Positions 52,212 through 64,000 of a stretch of DNA of 64,000 bases are shown piece after piece. Both the position numbers and the translations under genes were made by a program. The notes beneath the pieces were generated by a model. It saw nothing but the letters and a program-made list of their open reading frames with translations, ran no database searches and was not told the origin of the DNA. Positions within the stretch are counted from its first letter, which is position 1, and every line of letters starts with the position of its first letter. The stretch comes from Lingula anatina (lineage: Eukaryota; Animalia; Brachiopoda): positions 26,040,001 through 26,104,000 of the forward strand of contig CM120642.1 of NCBI GenBank assembly GCA_051362555.1, in the 5' to 3' direction.

Positions 52212-54514
52212 ACCGAACTCTGATATTGACATTAGGTAAAATACCCACTGTTGAGGTAGATAGCCTTCAAAGACTCAATGGCTGAAAGTGATTTCGGGTG
52301 AAGAAAACAAATAATTATAGATCTGGAAAGTTTATTAAGCTTGACTACCAAAAATTGAGTTAGATTGAACATAAATCTGCTACACAATATTTATTTATTT
52401 ATTTATTTATTTATTTATTTTTGGATGAATTGTGTTTAGTCCATGATGAGACAGTTGGATTCCAGTCACTTATCTTTTAAACCTCTGTTTATTCAATCTG
52501 GTTGCCTTCCAAGAACTGATAATGATGTGTTCTCTCATTATCTATGTGATAAAGCGGGTTATGATGTTCAACATGACTGGAGGTCAAATTGAATTTTCTT
52601 GGTTTGTACATGCGAATAGAATTTGAAGCATATCATCTCAAGGGGATAACATGAATGTGGAAATTTTATTCTAACTTTATCTATTATTTATTTATTTATT
52701 TGTTGATAGCTTAAATGTCATTAAATTTTTTTTTTTTTTTTTGCTGGGTTGAAAGGTATTAAGATGAAAAAAAAACCCCACGTAATCATGTCAGTGTTTA
52801 ATATATTGTTCTCTTGATGTCTTTGACAATTTGGAGCATATACAATATATTGGATATACTACAATGCTGTGAAGACATGATTACCAGTATGATTCAGTGT
52901 ATGGTTTTCATATATAACTTTTCTCTGTATAAAATGTAGCAATGTTTTACACAGATATGCTGTCCTTTTGTAAACAATGCACCAATACTTAACTGTATAT
53001 ACCCCTTCCCAAGTGCCACACAAGTTAGCTGAAGTCTTGAATACATTAAGTCAAAAGCCATAATGTGTATAACTGCTCATGACTGTTTTATTGGTACTTT
53101 ATAATATATGTATGTATGTATTATATATTTTATTATATTATCTTGACTAAAAGAATATTTGTTTTGACAATTTTTTATGCTTGTATTAAAGCATATTGTA
53201 GGTTTTCAATGTAGTTAAAAGAAGTACTGGTTTGAAGGATTTTATTAGTTTTTTTCAAAACTGTAATGAGATAAAAGCTTTTCAATTGAGGTATGCAAAC
53301 AATTTGTTACTTTTCTCTGTTTTTTCCACTTTGTACTATGTGTGCTTATTAAACAGAATGCATTGAAATAATTATGCATTTGTTTTCTACCTGGAAGATC
53401 TATTTTCCACCTGTATCAAACCACTTTTCTACCTTCTTACCCCATTTCACTTAAAATCTAACCATAACCTTTTAAAACTTTTTTCAATGAAAGAACCATC
53501 CATTTTGTTTTTAAGAAAAAATTCTTTTAAGTAGAATATTTTATTCAATAAAATTTTTATTGTCAATAATCCCTGTAAACTTTTGATGTATAATCTCCAA
53601 TGGCTTATGACAGAGAATCATTACATCAATTTTGTACAGTCACCATGTCTTTGGAGAACAAGATACCTAACAGAGAACTGAAGCAATCAACTTGGGTTGG
53701 CATGTGTCATAGTGTCCCTCTGAATCCAGAGAAATAAATGGTGCAGCCTGTTTAAAAAAAAAAAAAAAAAAAGCTAGATGTGTCTGTGTGCAATCTTCCA
53801 AAAAAGCTATCACATAATTTTACAAAAAAATTCTGCATTTATGTCTGATGATGTACATGGTTTGCAGGTGCTGTTTAAAATAGCCAAATTTAGGAGCATA
53901 AGACCAGATGGGCTGGGCTTTTAAATAAGTAATTTCACCCTTTTGAATGTTATATAAATTCAAATTCAGTAGTTTGACTAGTAGTTGTTGACTAAGCCTA
54001 CCATAAATGTAATATTGGTAAGTTGGGTAGAGCAGCTGGTCCATTTATAGATCTCAGTCTTCACTTAGTGGCTATTTCAGTCCTCTCTATCTCACTTTTG
54101 CCCTCCCCCCCCCCCCCCCCCCCCAAAAAAAAAAAATGAAAAAAAAAATAAATAAATAAAATGAAACATAAATATTGAATCAGTTTGATACTGGTGAAAA
54201 CAGAAGAAGTTAATAGCATCACATCATTTGGCCTAAAATAAGAGGATGAGTTATCGAAACCAGTGTTTTCCATTATCTATTTTTGCTTGATTCTGGAATA
54301 TCTGTTTAACAGATGTGCTGGAGGACAGATACCAGTGTATTAGCAGCATCATTATGGACCGGGTTATTCATTTTGCATATTATTTTTAATTATTATATAT
54401 TTAAGTGTAAGTGTGAATATTGAAACTTTATTAATTATTTATTTATTTATTACTTTCTTATCATTTATATATGTGGTTTGCTTGTATCTTGCAGCTGATA
54501 GCACTTTTTAAATA

Positions 54515-54706
54515 CCGCACGTGCTGGAGCAGTGGATGCTGGGTAATTTGAAGTCCCGCGAACCCTCGACGCATGCGTTTTCAGCGTTTATCTACACAAG
54601 ATGGCGGGAAGTGCTAGAAGTGCGTGGCAAGATATCTCTCGTTTTATGTAGTTCTCCTCTATATACAACATTTTTAGCCAACTTTTATGCAGCCCAGAAA
54701 CGTAAG
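54515..54706 (+). promoter_or_regulatory. brat-like gene promoter and candidate non-coding first exon
   Basis: CpG-rich; CACGTG E-box, NRF1-like gacgcatgcgt (54568), YY1-like caagatggcg (54597), donors at 54702/54707. Confidence 0.55.
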
Positions 54707-57218
54707 GTAGGTTGTATTATTTTGCATTTTTGCTTTCAGGGGCGCAAAAATGTGTTAATAGGGGCGAGACGGGGTGCATTTTGTGACCTCATTTTCCCAA
54801 ATTCCGATGTGGATGTCATGGTCACTGAAATCAGCAACTGCACAACCTGTTGCTGAAATTAACAACGAGAATCAGCAGCCTTGTTAATTGCACGGGGTGC
54901 AAGTTAACATCGTGAATTAACGTTTCTTGATGTTTTTGCTTTAAAAATTGTAAATTTGGTAAGAATAATTGGTTTCAAAACTGGATTTCTAGGTTTTTAC
55001 TAGTGTTGCCTCGCCGAGGACACTTTTTTTTGTGCGTAACATTTGCTGATTACTTTATTATGTCAATCTTGTTATTTTCTTATAACTGGGGGTATTTCAT
55101 GTATATCATATTACGGTGTTTGTAAGAAAAAATTTAATCCAACCTTATTTTCTTGGACTTGTGCCTTGTGTATGCTGTGACTTGATGCTTGACACGCTGC
55201 TAACACCCCTTTAATTACAGTGTTATATACTACCCAGTTTAAAATAATGAGTGAAATTGCCATTTTAACATTTGTCTATGGTCAAAAAGCGAATTTGTTT
55301 CCAATCAACAAAATAAACATCAGTTCAAAATAAAAATAGCTGCCACATTTAAAGAAGGATGTGGCTGTGTGGGGGATTCCCGGAATTCAGGGATTTTTTT
55401 CTGACTAAATCATATCTCTGTTATGACAACAAGCCTATAAATAAAACTCTGCAATGACTGGATATTTACCAGACTAGGTTATAATTGAAAGGCTTTATTC
55501 CTCTTACTGGATTTTCAGACAAACCAGCAAGCCTTCACCATTGTAACCTACTTTCAACTAGTGAAGTTTTCATTTTAGCTTCCTGGTCTGAGAAGTTTAA
55601 TATAAGTCACAGTACAATATACAAAGATATATTTGTTCAGCTTCTGTTATCGAACAGAATTTTATCTGGTTCATGCTACATTAATCAATATCAAAATAAC
55701 CTATTGACCTGGATTGACTGATTCTTAGTTCAAGAATGGGGCGTTGCATGTGTACATAGTGGTAGCAGCAATGGAAACCGATCTATTAAAAATTTTCATA
55801 TTACTCGTGTAAATCTAGAAATGTCTTAAGGGGAAAAATATTTTGTCATTGTACAAGTTGGCTGTAAAGGTTACAAAAGTACTGGCTCATTGATGTTTAT
55901 AAAAGGAATAATCCACATGTGCTGTTTGCATCTTTGACAAAAAAAAATCATTTTGTACATTGATTTGTTGTAGACTTTAGACTGAGGCGTTCCAACAAAT
56001 GAAAATATTAGAACCACATGCAATTTGTCTTGGTCAGTAATAATTGCTGTATATGTAGATGAAATAATATTTCTCGATTATAGTCTTTTGTAACAGGGGA
56101 GAAAAATTGAGTTTTAAAGGTTCTTCTATATTATTTATATATAAATCAACTTGTGGAATCAAGATCCCTAAACCTTGTAAGCGTAAAGTAGAACTTGGAC
56201 ATTTTGAATAATTGGAAAATATGTGACCTGCCAGTGCATTATACAAATAGGAGTGAATTTGTCATAGAATTTGCTTTTGAGTAAATGATGCCACATGATA
56301 TCCATAGTATTATTATTGTTAACTTACATGAAATATATTCAGGTGCAAATATTTTCAAATGATTTATAGTGAGATGTGGTAATGGATATTATAAAGGGAT
56401 TCTGTTAATGTTTTTTCAAGTCTCACATGGAGACAGGATCCACAGAATGGAAAATATTTATTTGTTATGATGGTAAATGGCCTCGATGAATAGCTTGCAA
56501 AGTGCATCCATACAAGTAAATGTATTTGAAAAAAATGGTTAAAATGAAGTAATGTTATTTGCTTTTAATCTGGTTTATGTTTGTCATATTGCTTTCACCT
56601 TGAAAGTTTATCTAGAGAAAAATCTACACCCTCGCTGTGTCACAGGTTTACTAAGCCTGTGATTCATAACCCTTTTTGAGCCAGTAAGCTTTAGTCCGTA
56701 TGTTCAGTCATATGTTAAGTTACTTAACAATCATGTGAGCGTAGATAAAAGTTGAGGCTGACAAACATAATGTAATTGACAGACTTGTCTCATCTTGTGT
56801 AGTAATTTTGTGAGAAAGAGACGGAGGGTTTTGTGTCTTTGAAGGTCATAATTTTAGTGCATTGTGACTAATTTCAGGTCAAACATGACCTCGATTTGAA
56901 TTAGAGTGAGGTTGTTGTAGTGAAGCACTTACCACAAAATGAAGACGCTTGGTATTAGTCAGTAGAATTTGCATTTCTAATGCATCTTTGATTACAGTAT
57001 GAGCTTTATCTTCAACCCACAATCCAAATCTGCATGCTTTGATGATAACATTTATTCAAAGTTGGTCTTAGTCCTCTGTATTATCAGTCACTGGGAAAAA
57101 ACAGGCTTTATCACCAATGAACTTTACATATGAGGTTACTTGCGTTAATGACCTAAGGGCCAAACTTTTGGAATGTGATTTAATCAGTCTAGACAAGTAT
57201 TAACTGCCAGTATGAACT

Positions 57219-57648
57219 ACAGGCCGAATAAACAGATAAGGCGTTTACTAACACTACCCTCAGTTTTTTTTTTTAGCACTTACGCCCATATTAACTACAA
57301 ACCCATGAATTACCTAACATACTGTACAATTATTTAGCACCAACAAAGTGACACCTAGCACTAACATTCATTCCCTCTTGTAGTGCTGGTTAATTTGTGG
57401 GTTATCGGAGCTTGACACTAACTTTTTTCGATACTGGCACGAGATACCGGTAAATATTACAAGGATGATTTGACACATAACATTTTACTTGCTCTTTGGG
57501 CCAGTGACCCCATCAATTCAATGGCCCTAGGTTGGTTTTCAGTGGGCCACCCTTAATGTCAAGCCCTGGTTATGTGGTTGATATGGGTGTTAGTGTTAAA
57601 AGATTTGCAGGTAGTGTTAGTAAACGTCCAATCGAATTATAAGGCTGT
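57219..57648. mobile_element. Palindromic MITE with a nested insertion
   Basis: cgtttactaacactacc pairs with ggtagtgttagtaaacg; arms extend ~90 bp; right arm split by 57406-57568. Confidence 0.7.
57406..57568. mobile_element. Nested 163-bp TIR element
   Basis: cggagcttgacactaa ... ttaatgtcaagccctg, flanked by GTTAT direct repeat. Confidence 0.7.
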
Positions 57649-58614
57649 TCTAAATAATGCAAGTCTTGCCTTGGAGTATAATACCTCTGCTCGTATGTAT
57701 TGTTGAGGTATGAATCTTTCATAGATTTTACATATTTCCCCCTTAAACTATTAAAGATAGGGGTCTTTTAGGAGCAACTGTTTAAAAATGGAGTTCTGTG
57801 TTATGCGAAAGTTCAACAAGAACCAAGAAATGAACATTTGGAATCCTTATTAGATTTGTAATAGAAGAAAGCAATTAAGCTTGCTCCACTTTGCCATATG
57901 TAGGGTTTTTTTTTTTTTTTTTTTTTTTTCTTCATGAAGAACCATTAGTAGTGAAAATGAAAGATGTGCTTGTTGTTGCCAAAGCACATAATGACTGACG
58001 TTATTGTAACAACATGATATGTCATATACAAAAGTACCTATTAATTATTAGAAAAAAAAATAAAATAATTTCCTGCCTTGTTTTTAATCGCCGAAGTTGG
58101 TCTTTGTTATAAACCCTGGGCAGCGTTTTTCATACTGGTAAAATGTGAGAGAGAGACCAAGACGAATAATTGTATCAGTGGGGGTCACCTTAGGCTGCCT
58201 GCATACATATACACAGTCACTGTGCAAGACTAGTTGTATTGATTTTGTTGTGAAGGCTGTGAGTAGCTTATCAAGCATACATTACTATCTGTCTCTCCCT
58301 GTCTTGTTGGTGTTTGGACCTATATTGCTGTTGATATCAAATCTGAGCCTCTCATGGATACTGTTTAGTGTCATTGTTCATAGGTAGGTCATACGTCTGT
58401 TATCAGATTGTAAAACTGATATGATGTGATATTTTTACCTCTAGTTGATGATGAGATGATGGTTATTGTATTCCAGTGAATGATCTCTGTATAATGATTA
58501 GGTCTGGAGTATTTAAGACTATTTGTCATGGTTATTACATGGTCTAAACTAAGGGCAATTCCTCTCTTGTTTTCCAGATAATATTTAATAGTCGAGTGTG
58601 ACTCAACAAGCAAG

Positions 58615-59079
58615 ATGTCTGACCACGAAGAACTAGAAGGGTGCCCTACTGAAGAAGAAGAAGAGCACTCGGGGTCAGCATCTCCGGTCTCCGTAGAGTC
58701 GGTCAACGAAGAATATTTATGCACCCTCTGCGAAGAGAAGTTTAACCAGCCCAGACTGCTGTCATGTCTGCACACGTTCTGTTTGCCGTGTCTGGAGAAA
58801 CTGACCAAGGATCCGGAGACCGACGAGCCTTTGGAGGCCATCACTTGCCCATTGTGCAAACAGGAGACCAAAATCCCAGCCAAGGGTTGCGAGGAACTGA
58901 GTCAGGACCTGGTGATGGTCAACCTACTGGACATGTCGGCCATTGAGAACATGCAAATCGTCTGCACCAGTTGCAAGGCCAAGGAGAAGGCAGTTGCTCG
59001 TTGCAGCGATTGTGCCAATTTTCTCTGTCCAAACTGCGTCACTGCCCACCAGTACATGAGATGTTTTGAGAATCACAAG
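58615..59079 (+). CDS. brat: brat-like exon: RING and B-box1
   Basis: CTLC..CLHTFCLPC..CPLC; acceptor ends 58577; AAG|GTAGAT. Confidence 0.93.
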
Positions 59080-62000
59080 GTAGATTTTACTTCTGTTCTT
59101 CTTAAATTTCCATTTTTGGGTTATTGGTGGACAACATCACAGTTCGAAAAATTGATAATAGCTTAAGCAAATGGATAAATTTATTTCAGGGTTTTCAATG
59201 ATGAAGCCTAAAAGCTTGCTGCTGTTGTCCCTGTGATCAATATTTTTTGATTAATGTGATAATTTCCAATTCCCTCCCAAGTTAAATTAGTGCCATTTAA
59301 TTTGTGATATTGGAAAGTGACAATCAAAATCGGCATGTGTTTAAGTGTAAGGCTTGCTTAGTGCAGGATTTCTCATAACAGTTCGTTAGCAGTTCTCTAG
59401 TTGTCCTGAAAATAGACAGAAGATAATAGATTATCCACAGCTGGCTTGATGATAAATGTACAGGAGATAATTGATGAACAAAAGGAATGAGAGTAATTTA
59501 TCTCTGTTTCTCTTCAGACATACAGAAACCCATGCTGTAGCCAAATGTTCAACTGTCTTGAGTGCCTATAGATCTCGTTTGAAAATCTCTGTTGCTAGTC
59601 TGTTGTTGTTGCCATGGCATATGGCAAAAACTTATTTTTCCTTACCTTAATGATTGTTCTTGTAATAAGCCTCATTTTCATCAAAATGTATGTAATTGAA
59701 TTCCTTAAGAAGCATTCATACAGATTTGTCTGGAAAAACAAGATAATGGGCCCTGTAATTTAAGATGGAATTAGAAAGTATGCTATTGTGTATGAAACAA
59801 TGTTTTCTACATTGTGAACATTGAAAAATAACACTGTTCAGATGAAGGAAAAAATTCTCCGCTGTGGCTCCAAAGTGAAACTGTTTACGTACATATTATT
59901 TCCATGGAAAGGTGTAAGATCATTTGTATGAATGGAAAGCTGATATTATTTCCATGGAAAGGTGTAAGATCATTCATATGAAAGGAAAGCTGATTGCAAC
60001 GTGAGAGGTCATCAGTGTCCAGTTTCATAGAATAACAGTTAAGATTTTTTACACATTTAATTTGTGCATTATATTGTCTTTGAAATGTTAATAATTAAAC
60101 AGAGAAGATGAGATTGATTATATGATGATTCTGACAGTTTTTTCCCCCAGTAACCTCTAGATTTTAATAAATATAAAGTAATGCTAATGGTAGTTTTGTT
60201 GGGCACAGTTATTTTCATGATTACATATATATTTCCAGGTGGTTTCATTTGAAGATATTCAAAGTGGTGAAGAGGGGCCTGTGATTCATAAGCCATTGTT
60301 CTGTGAAATACATCCAGTGGAAGGGATGAAGTACTTCTGTAATACTTGCCAGGTAGGTAATGAGGTTTTTTTATTGCTTTCTAGGCACTCCTGTGTGTGA
60401 TTTCAGGAACATCCTCAATATAGTTTTGGTTTTGTTGTTCATTGCTTTTTGTCAATTCATTTTTTTAAAAAATGAGAAATACTTTGATCAATGACTTCCC
60501 ATGGAAAACATTTGCTTAACTTGCATTTTATATTGTTATACTTGAGCATTTGAACATTTAATGAGTTATGTAAAAGATTTTAAATGAAGGCAAGTAAAAA
60601 AAAATTACAGAAAAATCAATGTAGACAACCTTCAGTCTGTGCTGGGGAAAGTATTGATTCAAAGTTGATGCAATGGAATCTCAGAGACGTGATTTAAGAC
60701 CTTAAGATCCTGTCTGACATTGCGTATGTATTTTCAGACTCCCATCTGTAATGAATGCATGGTGACCAATCAACACCAGGGACACCAGATTGACAGAATC
60801 GGGAACGGTGATGAGAAACACTCCGAAGAATTGAAAAATCTGATGTCAGAATGCAAGGGAAAGGTCAGTATTTGTGAGCTTAATTTTAAAGTAAATAAAT
60901 TACAAATAACAACCTTGTTTTGCAGCTTGTTGGAGATCATTTACCACCAGTGTTGAAAAAAATTAAAAGTTCTGATGGTGTTTATGTAGCTGGTCTAAGG
61001 GGGAAATTATTTAATGGATAGTAATGGTTTAGTGAGAGCATCATGTGCCAATTTAGAAAGGACATATACTTAATTTGCCATTATGTTGTTAAAGGTTTCA
61101 TTCTGTGAGGAGGCTTCTGCCAGTTTGGAAAACCACTTGTCTGATCTTCAGAATGCCAGGGATAATGCGAGAGACCTGGTGAAGGAGACATTCCAGAGTT
61201 ACAAGGCCATTCTAGAGAAGAGACAGGTATTTGAGATCAAAATTTATAAGAACCTATTTTTATATTGTGTTAGAGGACAATGAATCATCAATTTACATAT
61301 TTGTCAATCAGATAGAAAGATAAATGGTTTAATTTCACTAATTGCCTTTTTTACGTTACAGGAGAGTTTGTTGGAAGAAGTGGAAAAGTTGCACAAGTCT
61401 CAAGAGCTGAAAGTCATGGACGTGTTTCACAATGTAGAGAAGACCATTGAGAAGATTGATGATGGCTGCAAGTTCACAGAGAGAGTCCTAAAATATGGCA
61501 ACACAATTGAGATTCTGTGTATGAAGAGACAGATTACATCTCAGTTGCTGTCTTTGATCAACAACACTCCCAATCCCGACATCAGCGTGAAGATTGAATT
61601 TGAGACTGATGCAGAGAAATTTGAGCAAGCTGTGAAGGAACACTTTGGGCATTTGAAGGAAGACCAGCCTGCACCAGCTGTGGTAAGTATGTCTTTGTGA
61701 AAAAAATCCTCTCAGTGGAAGAAAGCTTAGTGGAATTGAAGGTGGTCAAATTATTAAAGCACATATAATGTCTGAATAAGTGGTCTCATTAAATTGATTC
61801 GATATTTTATTGCAGGAAATGACAATTTTCAATAATTACATTTTTCTTCTTTTGTGTTCAGACTCAGCATCAGCAGTCTCCTACATCTCACCAGTCTTCA
61901 TTTGAGAACGAAGGCTTCATGTTGCCACCAGGTGTCCTCAGCCCAGAGAATCCTGGGATACCCCCAGTGACTCCACATTCAGAGTACAGCACGTCATCCT

Positions 62001-63767
62001 TTGGACTGTCCAGTGTTTCCTTGGCTGCGTCCATCTCCAGCATGAGTTCAATGCAATCCATGCCTAGCACATCACTGTCGGAGCGCAGCATTTCTCGCAA
62101 CTCCCAGAGCCCAGCCATGTCTGACAGCGGAGTGTCTGTGGACACTGGCAGCAGCGGCAGTGGAAGCAACACTCCACTCATAAATCTTGCCGCACTGGCC
62201 AAGTTGGGCACTGTTAGTGTCAATAACTTAGGTGGGTTGATAGATTTTTTGTACGGTAAACATTTGAAGACAATTAGTTTGGCAAAAACTTATCATAAAG
62301 AGTATGCTAGGTGATTTAAAGTATACATTTGTTATTAACAGTTTTTATGAAACCCTGAATGACAGGCTTCTTTTTCCCTTTCACTGGTTTTTTTATGCCT
62401 AAGTAATTTGTGTGTATATCTTCTCAGGTCAAATTACCCTGAATGGTCAAGTGGTTCCTGGGCTCAACGTGAACAACGTGACTGGACTTCCTGGTCACTC
62501 AGCTGTGGGACTGGCCGCCAGGGGGACTTCACAGATTGGACAAGGAGACACTGGTGAGAGATACCATTGAACTTTATTTTGATTGGCATGTTTTCAAGGC
62601 CCTTTTCTCAAAAATGTTTTTTACTGAGACATATTTTTAGTAATTTGTGTTAATTTTTTTTCAACTGGTCATCAGTATTGGAAAACCTGATTTAGTATTA
62701 CAAAGATTTGTTGGTGGGAAATGTTGAAAACTATGTCATTGTAATAGATAAGGGTACTTCTTTGATCTTGATTTTGTTGGTTGCTTCTTTGTTGTCTTGT
62801 TATTTCAATGTTTTACTTACATGTTATTGTTTGGAAACCCAAGTCACATTTGTTACATTGGGTTCTACCTCTAACCAATATTCAAGTTTGATGATACCCT
62901 CATGCTTAAAATATTAAAGGGTGCTTTTAACCTGAAATATTGGTACATTTTCTTGCAAGTTTTCCTGTGTTACCAAACAGGATGCTCAAATACAAGGACA
63001 TTTAAGCATTCTGAAAACTAGTGTTATCATATAATTGTAAAAGTTTTTTGTGGCTTTGTTTGTTGCGTTTATTGTTAAATACTAGAACGGAACATTTATG
63101 CTGGTTGGAACAAAACAAAAAAATCCATGCCAGGAACATCTGCCTACATGATAATAACATCAACATGTTTGTGTAACATTTGTGAGGGCGCTCTGTCTGT
63201 GTCCTTGACGCTTGTCCCAAATTATTTTGGTGTCTGGTCGCCACCTGCATCAGCACTCTCTTGTCATTCTCTATAATGCATGATAACACAGGTGTTTAAA
63301 GTTCTGAATTCCAGATTTTAAGCTGAAAGTTAAAAGTGTACTTGTTTTTCATGTATCCATAGGTTCTGGTGTTGGCCATTTTGAACAGCAAACGAGTGGC
63401 CAGGGGTCCCGTTCTAATTCCCCACATATAGACAACCTCGCGAACATTCTGAGTCAGCTTACACCGCAGCCCAACAGTTTTGACCCGGCCCTTCTTGGCA
63501 GTGCAACCTCTGGTGGGGGTAACTCAAATCTCTTCTTGTCTGGTTTAGGCCTGCCACCCCCTCTCCCCGGGGGGATGATGCACCCACCTCCATCCACCCC
63601 AACTGGACTGCCATCGTCCAATTCGTCGGGGTCGCGTTCCACCACCCCAAGTCTTGAGAACTTGGCTGGGTTGCTCTCACCTTCGCCCCAGTTGAACGGA
63701 CTTGGGGCTTTTGGAAACCCCCTCGGCCCAAACTCTGGCCTAGGAAATGTGATGGCCCAGCCACCAG
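58615..63767 (+). CDS. brat: Brain tumor (Brat)/NCL-1-like TRIM protein, 3' partial (RING, B-box1, B-box2, coiled coil, low-complexity linker; NHL repeats expected beyond window)
   Basis: join(58615..59079,60239..60352,60738..60863,61095..61226,61362..61682,61862..62231,62428..62553,63363..63767); phases consistent; B-box1 CTSCKAKEKAVARCSDCANFLCPNCVTAHQYMRCFENHKV closely resembles Brat. Confidence 0.82.
59893..59994. repeat. 50-bp tandem duplication
   Basis: atattatttccatggaaaggtgtaagatcatt..tatgaa.ggaaagctg x2. Confidence 0.9.
60239..60352 (+). CDS. brat: brat-like exon: first half of B-box2
   Basis: VVSFEDIQSGEEGPVIHKPLFCEIHPVEGMKYFCNTCQ; ttccag| and |GTAGG. Confidence 0.92.
60738..60863 (+). 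CDS. brat: brat-like exon: second half of B-box2
   Basis: TPICNECMVTNQHQGHQI...; tttcag| and AAG|GTCAGT. Confidence 0.92.
61095..61226 (+). CDS. brat: brat-like exon: coiled coil
   Basis: VSFCEEASASLENHLSDLQNARDNARDLVKETFQSYKAILEKRQ; |GTATTT. Confidence 0.88.
61362..61682 (+). CDS. brat: brat-like exon: coiled coil
   Basis: ESLLEEVEKLHKSQELKVMD...; ttacag| and |GTAAGT. Confidence 0.92.
61862..62231 (+). CDS. brat: brat-like exon: Ser-rich linker
   Basis: gttcag| acceptor; in frame with ORF 61919; G|GTGGGT phase 1. Confidence 0.85.
62428..62553 (+). CDS. brat: brat-like exon (126 nt)
   Basis: QITLNGQVVPGLNVNNVTGLPG...; ttctcag| and G|GTGAG; phase 1-1. Confidence 0.85.
63363..63767 (+). CDS. 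brat: brat-like exon: Pro/Gly/Ser-rich linker
   Basis: ccatag| acceptor; open frame joining ORF 63536; CAG|GTAGG. Confidence 0.85.
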
Positions 63768-64000
63768 GTAGGTTTTCATGGCCTGGAGATTTGTACCCCC
63801 AATTGTCGTTACGTTAAATGCTAACATTTCAAGTTAAGGTTGTAAATTTATTTGTTAAAATACTAAAAAATATGTTTTGTTGATTAGAACTAACATTTAC
63901 ACACGTGAAATTATGATTTCATTAATAAGCATACAATGGCTAAGCTTCACATTTGAAAGCTTGCTACAATGCAGCCAACTTTGTCAGAAGAAAATGCTCT

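Noticed and set aside
58389-58883. 164-aa antisense ORF and other antisense ORFs over exons (10903-11259, 61888-62223, 63459-63827)
   Set aside because: Shadow ORFs of real coding exons

Overview
AT-rich, intron-rich metazoan genomic DNA, probably a lophotrochozoan such as a mollusc (inferred from gene style and repeats, not proven). Four protein-coding genes were reconstructed by hand from GT-AG splice sites and phase matching. (1) A Goliath/RNF130-RNF150-family PA-TM-RING-H2 E3 ligase (+, 6 coding exons, 10759-36205). (2) Iduronate 2-sulfatase IDS (-, at least 7 coding exons, 44481-50098; first exon unresolved), convergent with Goliath. (3) TXNDC9/PhLP3 (+, intronless CDS 51534-52211), head-to-head with IDS. 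(4) A brat/NCL-1-like TRIM gene that retains a RING finger (+, 8 exons seen, running off the window end). Non-coding DNA holds several palindromic MITEs, a Helentron-type (HINE) element, tRNA-derived SINE-like heads, minisatellites and microsatellites. No prokaryote-style novel system (CRISPR etc.) is supported. The most unusual signals are an out-of-order duplicate of IDS exon 5 with mostly synonymous divergence that would act as a poison exon, a ~69-aa insertion and a shifted intron in IDS, the RING-bearing Brat with upstream ORFs, and inverted MITEs bracketing the Goliath transmembrane exon.
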